Positions 35,935 through 51,108 of a stretch of DNA of 60,654 nt are shown piece by piece. Origin of the DNA: Chitinophagales bacterium. Lineage in GTDB: Bacteria; Bacteroidota; Bacteroidia; Chitinophagales; BACL12. The notes beneath the pieces are model-generated. The model was not told where the DNA came from and searched no databases. It worked only from the letters and a program-made list of their open reading frames with translations. The translations under genes were made by a program, and so were the position numbers. The stretch covers positions 1 through 60,654 of the forward strand of contig DAIMYJ010000002.1 of assembly GCA_036734545.1 (NCBI GenBank), in the 5' to 3' direction. The stretch's first letter is position 1. Every line of letters starts with the position of its first letter.

Positions 35935-36483
35935 ATGGCAGATGAAAAAAAATGGTATGTATTACGCGTGATCAGCGGCAAAGAACGCAAGTTGCGCGAG
36001 TACGTAGAGCAGCATGTGAAGCGTCATGGCTGGGAGCATATCATTTCACAGGTACTCGTGCCTACTGAAAAGGTATACAAGATCAAGAACGGGAAAAAAG
36101 TGATCCATGAAAAGAACTCACTGCCCGGCTATATCCTGATCGAGGCTACGGAAGGTAAGATGACCCCGGAGATGAACCAGATCATCACCGGCATCACCAA
36201 CGTGATCGATTTCCTGGGCAAAGAGAACCCGGTAGCACTGCGCCGCAATGAGGTGAACAGGATCCTGGGTAAGATGGATGAAATGAGCGAAGAAGGCGTT
36301 GCCATGAACGAACCGTTCATCATCGGCGAAACCGTGAAGATCATCGATGGTCCGTTCAACGAATTCCTCGGCAACGTGGATGAGGTGCATGAAGACAAGA
36401 AGAAAATCAAAGTAATCGTAAAAATATTCGGTAGAAAGACACCGGTGGAGCTCAACTTCGCCCAGGTGGAAAAAGTAAACTGA
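35935..36483 (+). CDS. nusG: Transcription termination/antitermination factor NusG
   Basis: 182 aa. [14 protein letters not shown]-terminal NGN motif and a C-terminal KOW ([16 protein letters not shown]). Confidence 0.95.
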   Translation: MADEKKWYVLRVISGKERKLREYVEQHVKRHGWEHIISQVLVPTEKVYKIKNGKKVIHEKNSLPGYILIEATEGKMTPEMNQIITGITNVIDFLGKENPVALRRNEVNRILGKMDEMSEEGVAMNEPFIIGETVKIIDGPFNEFLGNVDEVHEDKKKIKVIVKIFGRKTPVELNFAQVEKVN

Positions 36484-36484
36484 T

Positions 36485-36931
36485 ATGGCAAAAGAAATTC
36501 AAACGTACGTGAAGCTGCAGGTAAAGGGCGGCCAGGCTAACCCGGCACCTCCTATCGGTCCTGCACTGGGTTCCAAGGGTATCAACATCATGGAATTCTG
36601 CAAGGCATTCAATGCCCGCACCCAGGATAAAATGGGTAAAGTACTCCCGGTGGTGATCACGGTGTATAAGGATAAGTCGTTCGACTTCATCATTAAAACA
36701 CCACCGGCTGCCATCCTCATCCTGGAGGCTTCCAAGAAACAAAAAGGTTCGGCTGAACCCAACCGCAACAAGGTGGGCTCCATTACCTGGGATCAGGTAA
36801 AGGCCATCGCGCAGGAAAAGATGCCTGACCTGAATTGCTTCACCATCGAAAGTGCCATGAAAATGGTTGCCGGTACTGCCCGCAGTCTGGGTATCACCGT
36901 AACCGGTCAGGCACCCTGGTCTAACAATTAA
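36485..36931 (+). CDS. rplK: 50S ribosomal protein L11
   Basis: 148 aa. [20 protein letters not shown] signature. Confidence 0.97.
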   Translation: MAKEIQTYVKLQVKGGQANPAPPIGPALGSKGINIMEFCKAFNARTQDKMGKVLPVVITVYKDKSFDFIIKTPPAAILILEASKKQKGSAEPNRNKVGSITWDQVKAIAQEKMPDLNCFTIESAMKMVAGTARSLGITVTGQAPWSNN

Positions 36932-36958
36932 TTTCAGTCAACTAAAAATCGTTAACAC

Positions 36959-37657
36959 GTGAAACTGACAAAGAACAGAAAGAAGGTTCAGGCATTAGTT
37001 GACTCCAACAAACTTTATACGTTGAGGGAAGCTGCTGAACTTGTTAAGAAATCAACGACCTGCAAGTTCAATGCATCTGTTGACCTCCATGTGCGTCTCG
37101 GTATCGACCCGCGTAAAGCCGATCAGGCGATCCGTGGTACTACCGCTTTGCCGCACGGCACCGGACGAGATAAGAAGGTGCTGGTACTCTGTACTCCCGA
37201 CAAGGAAGAAGAGGCCAGGAAGGCAGGTGCAGATTATGTGGGTCTGGATGAGTTCATCGACAAGATCTCCAACGGTTGGATCGACATGGATGTGGTGATC
37301 GCTACCCCGTCTGTGATGCCTAAGATCGCGAAACTCGGACGTGTCCTGGGTCCCCGCAACCTCATGCCGAACCCGAAAGTGGGTACGGTAACCAATGAGG
37401 TGGGCGATGCCATCACCGAAGTGAAAAAAGGTAAGGTTGCCTTCAAGGTAGACAAGTATGGTATCATCCATTCTTCTATCGGCCGCATCTCCTTCAACAC
37501 CGATCAGATCGCAGAGAACAGCGAAGAGCTGATCCGCGCACTTGCTAAACTGAAGCCGTCGTCTGCTAAAGGCGCTTACTTCAAAAGCATTACCATGGCC
37601 AGCACTATGAGCCCCGGTATCGCGATCGATCCGAAAAGTGTAATTGACATTCATTAA
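36959..37657 (+). CDS. rplA: 50S ribosomal protein L1
   Basis: 232 aa with a GTG start in the ORF track. RLGIDPRKADQAIRG and ATPSVMPKIAKLGRVLGPRNLMP motifs. Confidence 0.95.
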   Translation: MKLTKNRKKVQALVDSNKLYTLREAAELVKKSTTCKFNASVDLHVRLGIDPRKADQAIRGTTALPHGTGRDKKVLVLCTPDKEEEARKAGADYVGLDEFIDKISNGWIDMDVVIATPSVMPKIAKLGRVLGPRNLMPNPKVGTVTNEVGDAITEVKKGKVAFKVDKYGIIHSSIGRISFNTDQIAENSEELIRALAKLKPSSAKGAYFKSITMASTMSPGIAIDPKSVIDIH

Positions 37658-37680
37658 GTAATCATCGAAATCGCTATAAG

Positions 37681-38211
37681 ATGAACAAGGAACAAAAAAC
37701 GGCTGCCATCGAGGAATTGAAGGATACAGTGTCGAAATACGACAACTTTTACCTCACTGATGCCTCTGCCATGACCGTTGAGGACATCAATAAATTGCGC
37801 CGCCTCTGCTTCGAGAACGGTATCCGTTTCCAGGTAGTGAAGAACACCCTGCTGCGCAAGGCCTTTGAAGCGCACGGAGATAAATATGAAGGCCTGTACA
37901 CCCTGCTGCACGGCGAAACTTCCGTGATGTTCAGCGAATCTTCCAATCAGCCTGCCAAGGTGATCAAGAAGTTCCGCAAGGACAACGATAAAGGAAAACC
38001 GCTGCTGAAAGGTGCTTATGTGGGTGCTGATGTATTCGTTGGCGATAACAGCCTCGATGCACTCATCAGCCTCAAGAGCAAGGAAGAGCTTGTGGGTGAG
38101 ATCATCGGTATGCTCCAGACACCTGCCAAGAATGTTATCTCTGCCCTGTTGTCGGGTGAGCGCAAACTGGCCGGTATCGTTAAGACACTGGGTGAAAAAG
38201 AAGAACAATAA
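37681..38211 (+). CDS. rplJ: 50S ribosomal protein L10
   Basis: 176 aa. Position between rplA and rplL, and VVKNTLLRKA motif. Confidence 0.93.
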   Translation: MNKEQKTAAIEELKDTVSKYDNFYLTDASAMTVEDINKLRRLCFENGIRFQVVKNTLLRKAFEAHGDKYEGLYTLLHGETSVMFSESSNQPAKVIKKFRKDNDKGKPLLKGAYVGADVFVGDNSLDALISLKSKEELVGEIIGMLQTPAKNVISALLSGERKLAGIVKTLGEKEEQ

Positions 38212-38262
38212 TCATCACATTTATTTAACAACAATTTTCTAAATCAATAAAAACTCAAAGCA

Positions 38263-38649
38263 ATGGCTGAATTAAAAGAATTCGCTGAAAAGTTGGTTAG
38301 CTTGTCTGTAAAAGAAGTTAATGAACTGGCAAAGATCCTGAAAGACGAGTACGGTATCGAACCCGCTGCTGCTGCACCCGTAATGATGGCAGCTGCCGGT
38401 GGTGGCGCCGGAGCAGGTGCTGATGCTGCTGCTGAGAAAACATCTTTCGATGTGATCCTCAAGAATGCAGGCGCTGCTAAACTGTCAGTGGTTAAAGTAG
38501 TAAAAGACCTCACCGGCCTTGGTCTGAAAGAAGCTAAGGATCTCGTTGATGGCGCTCCGAAACCTGTGAAGGAAGGAGTAGATAAAGCAACTGCTGAAGA
38601 TATTGCTAAGCAACTTCAGGAAGCAGGTGCTGAAGTAGAGATCAAGTGA
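38263..38649 (+). CDS. rplL: 50S ribosomal protein L7/L12
   Basis: 128 aa. Ala-rich hinge, then the C-terminal [32 protein letters not shown] domain. Confidence 0.97.
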   Translation: MAELKEFAEKLVSLSVKEVNELAKILKDEYGIEPAAAAPVMMAAAGGGAGAGADAAAEKTSFDVILKNAGAAKLSVVKVVKDLTGLGLKEAKDLVDGAPKPVKEGVDKATAEDIAKQLQEAGAEVEIK

Positions 38650-38699
38650 TCTCTGCCCGGCAGTTACTTCCTCCCGCCGTACGGCGTGGGTAAAATACA

Positions 38700-38740
38700 A
38701 GGCTAATCCGCCGTACGGCGGATAGCCTGTTTATTATTTT
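38700..38740 (+). terminator. rplL-rpoB intercistronic attenuator/terminator hairpin
   Basis: AGGCTA(A)TCCGCCG-TA-CGGCGGATAGCCT stem of about 13 bp, followed by the T-rich GTTTATTATTTT. A weaker copy of the CCGCCGTACGGCG palindrome lies at 38674-38686. Confidence 0.65.
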
Positions 38741-38764
38741 AATGCAATAAAGCTTTGAAAGCGT

Positions 38765-41700
38765 ATGCCTAAATCTACTGCAACCATTAGGAGACCAGAA
38801 CGAATCAACTTCGGAAAGACCAAAAAAGCAGATACATACCCGGACCTGTTAGATATACAGGTAAAATCCTTCAAAGACTTTTTCCAACTCGAGACAACAC
38901 CCGAGAACAGGACCTCAGAAGGCCTGTACCGTGTGTTCACCGAGAACTTCCCCATTACGGATGCGCGTAACATCTTCGTATTGGAGTTCCTCGATTATTT
39001 CGTGGATCCTCCGCGCTATTCCATGGAGGAATGTATGGAACGCGGCCTTACCTACAGCGTACCGCTGAAGGCAAAGCTGCGCCTGTCTTGTAACGATGAG
39101 GAGCACATCGACTTCCAAACTATCGTGCAGGACGTGTTTTTGGGTAATATCCCTTATATGACACCGAAGGGAACGTTCATCATCAATGGTGCTGAACGTA
39201 TCGTCGTATCCCAGTTACACCGCTCTCCCGGTGTGTTCTTCGGTCAGTCCATTCACCCGAATGGCACGAAGATCTACTCCGCCCGTGTGATCCCCTTCAA
39301 AGGCGCATGGATGGAATTTGCCACGGATATCAATAATGTGATGTACGCGTACATCGACCGGAAGAAGAAATTCCCGGTGACCACATTACTCCGTGCCATC
39401 GGATACGATACCGATAAAGACATCCTCGAACTCTTCGGACTCGCTGAAGAAGTGAAGGCCGATGACAAAACCCTGCGCAAGCATATTGGCAGGAAACTCG
39501 CTGCCCGCGTACTCAAGACCTGGCGCGAGGATTTCGTGGATGAGGATACCGGTGAAGTGGTTTCCATCGAACGGAATGAAGTGATCCTGGAACGCGATAC
39601 CGTACTGACCGATGATAATATCAGCCTCATCATCGAGACCGGTGCGCCCAAAGTGATCCTTACCCGCGATGATGTGACCGTAGACTACGGCATCATCCTC
39701 AATACCCTGCAGAAGGATGTTTCCAACTCAGAACTGGAAGCCGTTCAGCATATCTATCGCCAGCTGCGTGGTGCAGAACCGCCGGATGATGAGACTGCAC
39801 GCGGTATCATTGAAAAACTCTTCTTCTCCGATAAGCGCTATGACCTCGGAGAAGTTGGCCGTTATAAGATCAATCAGAAACTCGGCCACCACCATATTCC
39901 GATCGATACCAAGGTATTGACGAAAGAGGATATCATTTCGATCATCCGCTACCTGGTGGAACTGTCTAACAACAAAGCCGAGATCGATGATATCGATCAC
40001 CTCAGCAACCGCCGTGTGCGCACGGTGGGCGAACAATTGTACGCGCAGTTCGGTGTGGGTCTTGCCCGTATGGCCAGAACCATCCGCGAGCGTATGAACG
40101 TGCGCGATAATGAGGTGTTCACTCCGATCGAACTGATCAACGCAAGAACACTGTCTTCAGTGATCAATTCCTTCTTCGGAACCAGTCAGCTGAGCCAGTT
40201 CCTCGACCAGGTGAATCCGCTCGCAGAGATCACGCACAAGCGTCGTATCTCCGCATTGGGTCCCGGCGGTCTGAGCCGCGAACGCGCCGGCTTCGAGGTG
40301 CGCGACGTACACTACAGCCACTACGGCCGTTTGTGTACCATCGAGACACCGGAAGGTCCGAACATCGGTCTGATCTCTACACTCTGTGTACACGCGAAGA
40401 TCAATAAGATGGGCTTCATCGAAACGCCATACCGCCGCGTGGAGAATGGAAAAGTGGAAGTGAAAGGCGAGATCACCTACCTGAACGCCGATGAGGAAGA
40501 CCGTTATGTGATCGCCCAGTCCAATGTGCCGCTCGACGAAAAAGGCAAATTCTTACAAACCAAGATCAAAGGCCGCCAGCAGGGCGAATTCATGGAATTC
40601 GAACCTGAGCAGGTGGAATACATGGACGTTGCTCCGAACCAGATCGTAGGTGTTTCCGCATCACTCATTCCGTTCCTCGAACACGATGATGCGAACCGTG
40701 CGCTCATGGGCTCTAACATGCAACGTCAGGCTGTGCCGCTGCTGCGTCCGCAGTCGCCTGTGGTAGGTACCGGTCTGGAAGAGAAAGTGGCTTCCGACTC
40801 CAAGATGCTCATCAACGCAGAAGGAAACGGTGTGGTGGAATACGTTGATGCCAACGAGATCATCATCCGCTACGACCGCAATGAGAACGATCAGCTGGTG
40901 AGCTTTGAGGACAGCCGCAAAGTATATAAGCTCCGCAAATTCAAGAAGACCAACCAGAGCACCTGTATCAACCTGAAGCCGATCGTGGTGAAAGGACAGC
41001 GTGTTGCTGAAGGACAGGTATTGTGCGAAGGTTACGGAACCCAGGGCGGTGAACTCGCACTCGGAACCAACCTGAAAGTGGCTTTCATGCCATGGAAAGG
41101 GTACAACTTCGAGGATGCCATCGTGATCAGCGAACGCGTAGTGCAGGAAGACATTTTCACTTCCATCCAGATCGAAGAGTTTGAACTGGAAGTGCGCGAT
41201 ACCAAGCTCGGTGAGGAAGAACTGACCTCAGATATCCCGAACGTTTCTGAAGAAGCAACCAAAGACCTTGATGCCAACGGTATCATCCGTCTGGGTGCTC
41301 ACGTGAAAGAAGGTGATATCCTGATCGGTAAGATCACCCCGAAAGGTGAAACAGATCCTACACCGGAAGAGAAACTGCTGCGCGCCATCTTCGGCGACAA
41401 AGCAGGCGACGTGAAGGATGCTTCATTGAAAGTGCCGCCATCGATCGAAGGTACGGTGATCGACAAGAAATTGTTTGCCCGCGCCAAGAAAGATAAGAAT
41501 GCCAAGGCCCGCGAAAAGATCGCTCTTGAGAAACTCGAGAAAGAACACGCGCGCGCACTGGATGAACTGCGCACGATCCTGATCGACAAACTGTCCGTGG
41601 TGCTCAAAGACAAAAAGACACCCGGTATCAAGTCGCTCTATAAAGAAGAAATGGTGCCCTCCAAAACCAAGTTCACCAACAAGGTGCTGGAAGGTATCAA

Positions 41701-42586
41701 TTATACCAATGTGGATCCGTATAACTGGACCGGTGAAGCAGAAACCGATGATACCGTGCGCATGATGCTGCACAACTATGGTATCAAGGTGAACGAGGAA
41801 CTGGGCCGTTACAAGCGCGAGAAATTCAATATCAGTGTAGGTGATGAATTACCTACCGGCGTATTGAAGCTGGCAAAAGTATTCATCGCCAACAAGCGTA
41901 AACTGCGCGTGGGTGATAAGCTTGCCGGTCGCCATGGTAACAAAGGTATCGTTGCCCGTATCGTGCGTCAGGAAGACATGCCGTTCCTCGAGGACGGAAC
42001 GCCGGTGGATATCGTACTGAATCCGCTGGGTGTACCTTCCCGTATGAACCTCGGTCAGATCTATGAGACCGTATTGGGCTGGGCCGGTCAGAAGCTGGGT
42101 GTGAAGTTTGCCACCCCGATCTTCGACGGCGCTACCCTGGCCGAGATCGACGAGCAGATCGCCAAGGCAGAACTGCCGAAACTGGGATCAACGTATCTGT
42201 TCGACGGTGAGACCGGTGACCGCTTCCATCAGAAAGCCACGGTTGGTGTGATCTATATGATCAAGCTGAACCACATGGTGGATGATAAGATGCACGCACG
42301 TTCTATCGGACCATACTCGCTCATCACACAGCAGCCGCTGGGTGGTAAGGCACAGTTCGGTGGTCAGCGTTTTGGTGAAATGGAGGTTTGGGCACTCGAA
42401 GCATATGGTGCATCCAATATCCTGCAGGAATTACTGACGGTGAAATCAGATGATATCATCGGACGTGCCAAGACGTATGAGGCGATCGTGAAAGGCGAGA
42501 ATCTGCCTACACCGCAGATACCCGAGTCCTTTAACGTACTCGTGCATGAATTGCGCGGTCTTGCGCTTGACCTGAAGTTTGAATAA
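38765..42586 (+). CDS. rpoB: DNA-directed RNA polymerase subunit beta
   Basis: 1273 aa. Motifs [21 protein letters not shown]-like, [18 protein letters not shown] and GRHGNKG. Confidence 0.99.
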   Translation: MPKSTATIRRPERINFGKTKKADTYPDLLDIQVKSFKDFFQLETTPENRTSEGLYRVFTENFPITDARNIFVLEFLDYFVDPPRYSMEECMERGLTYSVPLKAKLRLSCNDEEHIDFQTIVQDVFLGNIPYMTPKGTFIINGAERIVVSQLHRSPGVFFGQSIHPNGTKIYSARVIPFKGAWMEFATDINNVMYAYIDRKKKFPVTTLLRAIGYDTDKDILELFGLAEEVKADDKTLRKHIGRKLAARVLKTWREDFVDEDTGEVVSIERNEVILERDTVLTDDNISLIIETGAPKVILTRDDVTVDYGIILNTLQKDVSNSELEAVQHIYRQLRGAEPPDDETARGIIEKLFFSDKRYDLGEVGRYKINQKLGHHHIPIDTKVLTKEDIISIIRYLVELSNNKAEIDDIDHLSNRRVRTVGEQLYAQFGVGLARMARTIRERMNVRDNEVFTPIELINARTLSSVINSFFGTSQLSQFLDQVNPLAEITHKRRISALGPGGLSRERAGFEVRDVHYSHYGRLCTIETPEGPNIGLISTLCVHAKINKMGFIETPYRRVENGKVEVKGEITYLNADEEDRYVIAQSNVPLDEKGKFLQTKIKGRQQGEFMEFEPEQVEYMDVAPNQIVGVSASLIPFLEHDDANRALMGSNMQRQAVPLLRPQSPVVGTGLEEKVASDSKMLINAEGNGVVEYVDANEIIIRYDRNENDQLVSFEDSRKVYKLRKFKKTNQSTCINLKPIVVKGQRVAEGQVLCEGYGTQGGELALGTNLKVAFMPWKGYNFEDAIVISERVVQEDIFTSIQIEEFELEVRDTKLGEEELTSDIPNVSEEATKDLDANGIIRLGAHVKEGDILIGKITPKGETDPTPEEKLLRAIFGDKAGDVKDASLKVPPSIEGTVIDKKLFARAKKDKNAKAREKIALEKLEKEHARALDELRTILIDKLSVVLKDKKTPGIKSLYKEEMVPSKTKFTNKVLEGINYTNVDPYNWTGEAETDDTVRMMLHNYGIKVNEELGRYKREKFNISVGDELPTGVLKLAKVFIANKRKLRVGDKLAGRHGNKGIVARIVRQEDMPFLEDGTPVDIVLNPLGVPSRMNLGQIYETVLGWAGQKLGVKFATPIFDGATLAEIDEQIAKAELPKLGSTYLFDGETGDRFHQKATVGVIYMIKLNHMVDDKMHARSIGPYSLITQQPLGGKAQFGGQRFGEMEVWALEAYGASNILQELLTVKSDDIIGRAKTYEAIVKGENLPTPQIPESFNVLVHELRGLALDLKFE

Positions 42587-42617
42587 TTCAGTTTCATAGT
42601 AAAAACATCATCAGCAT

Positions 42618-46943
<4,326 letters not shown>

Positions 46944-46962
46944 TTACTGTTCACCATATTGA

Positions 46963-46994
46963 AAGAGGTTGCCAAAAGCAACCTCTTTTTTTTT
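46963..46994 (+). terminator. Rho-independent terminator after rpoC
   Basis: AAGAGGTTGC-CAAAA-GCAACCTCTT 10-bp stem followed by a T-run of about 10. Confidence 0.9.
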
Positions 46995-47057
46995 GTGCAT
47001 TTAATTCCGGGTCGAATTTCCGGGTGGGCGCCCGATCAACAGTTCACTATGAACCGT

Positions 47058-48731
47058 TCAATTTTCGTACAGGGTCTTTTCGAGTTTTGCATCATGCCCA
47101 TAAATATCCCTGCTGAAGTGCAGACTGCCGTCTTCATCTACACGTGCAGTGAAATACACGATGAATACGGGTATTTTTTCCTGCAGCCGGACAAAGGTTT
47201 CTTTTCCTGAGTAATACAATGAATCGATGATCTCTCGGGTATAGGTAGAGTTATTGCGCAGCAGGTAGTAGGCAAGTTCTTTGGGCTTTTCGAGGCGTAT
47301 GCACCCGTGGCTAAAGCCGCGCGCTTCGCGTTGAAATAATTCGCGTGATGGGGTATCATGGAAATAAATACTGTGTTCATTCGGGAAAAGGAATTTCACC
47401 CACCCGAGCGCACACCCGCCGCCCGGTCGCTGACGCAGTGTGTAAGGCATGGTGGTGAGTTTGTTCCAGTCGACCTTCGAAACATCTATCGTTTTCCCGG
47501 TTGCGGGATTGAACGCTTCCATATTTTCTTTTTGCAAATAGCCGGCATCCTTTTTCAGCGCAGGTAGTATCTCATTATTTAAAATGCTCGCCGGCGGTAT
47601 CCAGTACGGACTGAATACGATGTATTCCAGTTCGTCGTTGAAAATGGTCGTGCCGGTAGAAGCTTTACCCACTACCACACGCATTTTCCAGGCCAGTGTA
47701 TCGGCTGCATAGATGCGCATGGTGTATTCTGGGATATTCACCATGATATATTCACCTTGAGGCACCTGCGGCAGCCATCGGCATCGCTCCATATTGATGG
47801 CGATCTGTCGGGCTCTGGTAGCCGGAGAACAATTGATCTCACGGAAGAATTTTTCCCCCATCACGCCATCAGCGGTAAGGCCATGCCGGTCCTGAAATAA
47901 TTGCACACCGATCATGGTAACGCTGTCATAGAGCTCGGTGCTGTCGGCCTGTATCAGGTCACCAAGCAGCACCAATCGGTTCTTGATCTCACGGATAACG
48001 GGATACGATTCGCCGGGCTTGATGGAACGCGCACCTTCCGGCAGATACAGGGAATCCCACGCTGCATGCTCCAGCGTACGGTATTTTTTTAGTGCTGCTT
48101 TTAACAGCGCATACTGCTGATATTGTGGTTCCAACCGGGTAAAGTCCGTGCTGGCACCGCTGAGTATGGAGTCGAGGATCGAAACGGAAGGAACCGTTTT
48201 TCTCTTGATATACCAATCCAGCGAACGTGTGGTCTTTTCACTCAGGCCATACCATACCTTTTGTGCGTACACGAAAAATTCGGCTGTAAGCAGCAGTTCT
48301 ACTTCGCGTAATAGTTCGGTTTGGCCGGCATAGGTGAATCCGGGTTCTGCGATGGCCGTATATTGTTTGCGCAGGGCAGAATAATACAATACGGAATCCC
48401 GCAGACCTTCCTCATCAAAATGTTCCAGTTGTTCAATGAAATGTCCGGCTTGTTCTATGATACCGTAGGTGTTAAACCAGGCAGCGCGATATGTCCGTGC
48501 CCGATAGAAGGTATACATTTCCTCCGCATGATAATTTAACAGGGGATATTGTGCAAGGAAAGCGGCGATCTGCGCGGAGTCTACATAGAGGGTATCCATC
48601 ACCTCGACCATCACCGGATCGCCGTTGGTTTCCGGTGGAGCAGCCGGTGCGGCATCCTGTTGTTTGCATCCGCTAAAGGTCAGGATGGCCATCAGGCACA
48701 GAAGGAAAACATGTGTGCTACCGGCTTTCAT
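47058..48731 (-). CDS. L,D-transpeptidase family protein (YkuD domain with N-terminal peptidoglycan-binding-like region)
   Basis: 557 aa with a lipoprotein-like signal (LTFSGC). C-terminal catalytic motif HDTP...FSHGCIRL is typical of YkuD L,D-transpeptidases. Confidence 0.85.
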   Translation of the reverse strand: MKAGSTHVFLLCLMAILTFSGCKQQDAAPAAPPETNGDPVMVEVMDTLYVDSAQIAAFLAQYPLLNYHAEEMYTFYRARTYRAAWFNTYGIIEQAGHFIEQLEHFDEEGLRDSVLYYSALRKQYTAIAEPGFTYAGQTELLREVELLLTAEFFVYAQKVWYGLSEKTTRSLDWYIKRKTVPSVSILDSILSGASTDFTRLEPQYQQYALLKAALKKYRTLEHAAWDSLYLPEGARSIKPGESYPVIREIKNRLVLLGDLIQADSTELYDSVTMIGVQLFQDRHGLTADGVMGEKFFREINCSPATRARQIAINMERCRWLPQVPQGEYIMVNIPEYTMRIYAADTLAWKMRVVVGKASTGTTIFNDELEYIVFSPYWIPPASILNNEILPALKKDAGYLQKENMEAFNPATGKTIDVSKVDWNKLTTMPYTLRQRPGGGCALGWVKFLFPNEHSIYFHDTPSRELFQREARGFSHGCIRLEKPKELAYYLLRNNSTYTREIIDSLYYSGKETFVRLQEKIPVFIVYFTARVDEDGSLHFSRDIYGHDAKLEKTLYEN

Positions 48732-48808
48732 GTGCTAGGTGATACGAAGTTCGGGCAATATTTCGAATTGCTGGTAAATTCGGGTACTTTTACAAAAAAC
48801 AATGTCTT

Positions 48809-49120
48809 ATGAGCGAACAGAAAGACAAGAACCAATTAAATATTGAGTTGACCGAGGAAATAGCGGAAGGTATTTATTCCAATCTGGCGATCATCACCCA
48901 CAGCAGCGCCGAGATCGTGATCGATTTCATTCGGGTAATGCCCGGCGTGCCCAAGGCTAAGGTCAAGAGCCGCATCCTGATGACACCACAGCATGCCAAG
49001 CGATTGTTACGCGCATTGGCGGATAATATCAACAAGTATGAATCGGCCCATGGTGATATTCACGACAACGAAGGGTTTGGCGGTATTCCCATGAATTTCG
49101 GGCCTACGGCAAAGGCCTGA
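48809..49120 (+). CDS. Small conserved protein (DUF3467-like)
   Basis: 103 aa. The central GIYSNLAIITHSSAEIVIDFI core resembles the DUF3467 family as I recall it. Function unknown. Confidence 0.55.
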   Translation: MSEQKDKNQLNIELTEEIAEGIYSNLAIITHSSAEIVIDFIRVMPGVPKAKVKSRILMTPQHAKRLLRALADNINKYESAHGDIHDNEGFGGIPMNFGPTAKA

Positions 49121-49127
49121 CCACCTT

Positions 49128-49880
49128 ATGGCAGCCGCACCGCAATTATCGGTGGTAAGTCCGGTATACCAGAGCGCAGCCAACCTGCCTGTTCTGGTGA
49201 GCCGGATATTGGATGCTGTATCGTTGCGGCGGATACACTGCGAGATCCTGTTGGTAGATGATGGCAGCACCGATACCGGCTGGGAGGTCATTCGTTCACT
49301 CGCACAAGCGCATCCGCAGGTAAAAGGTATCCGACTGGACAGAAACTACGGTCAGCACTCCGCTATACGGGCAGGCCTGATGCATGCAACGGGCACATTG
49401 GTTGTGGTGATGGATTGCGACCTGCAGGACCCGCCCGAGGCCATTCCGGCATTTTTAGATGCCCTAAAGGAAGATGTAGATGCGGTTTTTGCGCGACGCA
49501 TCAAACAGTATGACACGGCATGGCAACGAACGCTGTCTCATCTTTTTTATCGACTCCTCTCGCGCCTTACACGTATTCCTATGGACGGTTCAGTGGCCAA
49601 CTTCGGATTGTATCGCCGGGCGGTGATCAGGGCTATGTTGGATGACCGTTCCGGAAAATTTTTTTTCTTTCCCCTGAACGTGCGTCGCTATGCCCGGCGC
49701 GCTGTGCATGTGCCCGTGGAACACGCGAGGCGGCATGCCGGCAGTTCGGCTTATGATATACGTCGGGCCGGAGCCCTCGCTTTGCGGATATTGATCTCTC
49801 AATCGTTTTTATACTACTTTTATGTGAGTAGAAGCGACAATTTTCAGGTAAGCGAAATAACAGAAGAGACTGCTGCATGA
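49128..49880 (+). CDS. Family 2 glycosyltransferase (short, soluble-looking form)
   Basis: 250 aa. Motifs SVVSPVYQSAANL, LVDDGSTDTG and DCDLQDPPE (DxD). It lacks the C-terminal TM pair seen in the 6973 GT2. Confidence 0.75.
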   Translation: MAAAPQLSVVSPVYQSAANLPVLVSRILDAVSLRRIHCEILLVDDGSTDTGWEVIRSLAQAHPQVKGIRLDRNYGQHSAIRAGLMHATGTLVVVMDCDLQDPPEAIPAFLDALKEDVDAVFARRIKQYDTAWQRTLSHLFYRLLSRLTRIPMDGSVANFGLYRRAVIRAMLDDRSGKFFFFPLNVRRYARRAVHVPVEHARRHAGSSAYDIRRAGALALRILISQSFLYYFYVSRSDNFQVSEITEETAA

Positions 49881-51010
49881 TACCATTTAACAGGCCATCG
49901 ATGGTTGGCCGTGAACTGGAATATATTCAGGCGGCCATTGAAGCAGGTCATTTGTCCGGCAATGGTATGTTCACGGCGCAATGTCATCAATACTTTGAAC
50001 AACACTTCGGCTTTCCGCAGGTATTGCTCACGCACAGCGCCACTGCGGCCCTGGAGATGGCCGCCCTGCTCCTGCAGATACAGACAGGTGATGAAGTGAT
50101 CCTGCCCGCATACACGCATGTATCCACGGCCAATGCTTTCGCCCTCCGCGGAGCAAAGCTCGTGTTTGCCGATTCCCTGCCCGATCATCCGAACATGGAT
50201 ACCTCGAAGCTCGAGGATCTGATCACTGATAAGACCAAGGTGATCGTTGTAGTGCATTATGGCGGCCATACAGCTGATATGGGAGCGATTCTGGATCTCA
50301 GTATCCGGCATCGATTGTTCATCGTGGAGGATGCTGCTGCCGCGCTGGGTGCACGATATCGCGGAATTCCGGTAGGCACCATCGGGCACCTCGCCGCCTT
50401 TTCGTTCCATGAGACCAAAAATCTGCACTGCGGAGAGGGGGGTATGCTCGCCGTCAATGATGAGCGGTTTTTACAACGCGCAGAAGTGATCTGGGAGAAA
50501 GGCACTGACCGGGTGGCGATGGCCCGGGGAGAGGTTCAGCACTACGGCTGGAAGGAACTCGGATCCTCATTTTTACCTTCAGAACTCAATGCGGCCTACC
50601 TGCTTGCCCAGGCTGAGCAGATCATGTCGATCCAATTGCATAGGCGGGGGCTCTGGGAGCTTTATGCCGCCTTGCTGTCGGAAGGAGAGCGGAAAGGGTG
50701 GTATGACCTCCTGCCGGCCGATGGGCACGGAGACCATAATTATCACCTCATGGCGCTGGTGTGCAGGTCGGAGAAGGATAGGGAAGGGCTGAGGTCCTTC
50801 CTTGACAAACGGGGTATTATGGCCGTATCCCATTACAGATCGCTGCATCGCTCAGATTACTTTCACCTGCAGCATGACGGGCGTGAACTGCCCAATAGTG
50901 ACCGTTTTGAGGCCTGTCTGCTCCGTTTACCCCTGTTCCACGACCTCACCGAAACCCAGGTGGAGGCAATAGCCGGGGCGGTAAAAGCGTTTTACACCCA
51001 AAGTACCTGA
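49877..51010 (+). CDS. DegT/DnrJ/EryC1/StrS-family PLP aminotransferase, WecE-like (dTDP-4-amino-4,6-dideoxy-sugar transaminase type)
   Basis: 377 aa. N-terminal IPFNRPSMVGRELEYIQAAIEAGHLSGNG and PLP-lysine motif SFHETKN as in WecE/RffA. ATGA overlap with the GT2 gene. Confidence 0.8.
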   Translation: MIPFNRPSMVGRELEYIQAAIEAGHLSGNGMFTAQCHQYFEQHFGFPQVLLTHSATAALEMAALLLQIQTGDEVILPAYTHVSTANAFALRGAKLVFADSLPDHPNMDTSKLEDLITDKTKVIVVVHYGGHTADMGAILDLSIRHRLFIVEDAAAALGARYRGIPVGTIGHLAAFSFHETKNLHCGEGGMLAVNDERFLQRAEVIWEKGTDRVAMARGEVQHYGWKELGSSFLPSELNAAYLLAQAEQIMSIQLHRRGLWELYAALLSEGERKGWYDLLPADGHGDHNYHLMALVCRSEKDREGLRSFLDKRGIMAVSHYRSLHRSDYFHLQHDGRELPNSDRFEACLLRLPLFHDLTETQVEAIAGAVKAFYTQST

Positions 51011-51047
51011 GAATTAACCTAATGTAAATTCTATCCGGGGACGCCGG

Positions 51048-51055
51048 TAATTTTG
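51048..51055 (+). promoter_or_regulatory. Candidate -7 promoter box (TAATTTTG)
   Basis: TAnnTTTG match 53 nt upstream of the ATG at 51109. Confidence 0.4.
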
Positions 51056-51108
51056 ATTTTGTTAAAAAAATTATGATTTTCGTAGTCCCCTAGCTGAATT
51101 GCGACCAC

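Noticed and set aside
37052-38208. Two antisense ORFs of 184-200 aa opposite rplA and rplJ
   Set aside because: They lie opposite highly conserved ribosomal protein genes and are shadow ORFs. The same reasoning applies to the antisense ORFs within rpoB/rpoC (e.g. 43611..44147, 44589..45203), tuf, the T9SS protease (20673..21452), GT2 (6997..7671) and the acyl-CoA dehydrogenase (31581..32297).
46959-47210. 83-aa plus-strand ORF after rpoC
   Set aside because: It starts inside the rpoC terminator hairpin and overlaps the 3' end of the minus-strand L,D-transpeptidase gene. It is spurious.
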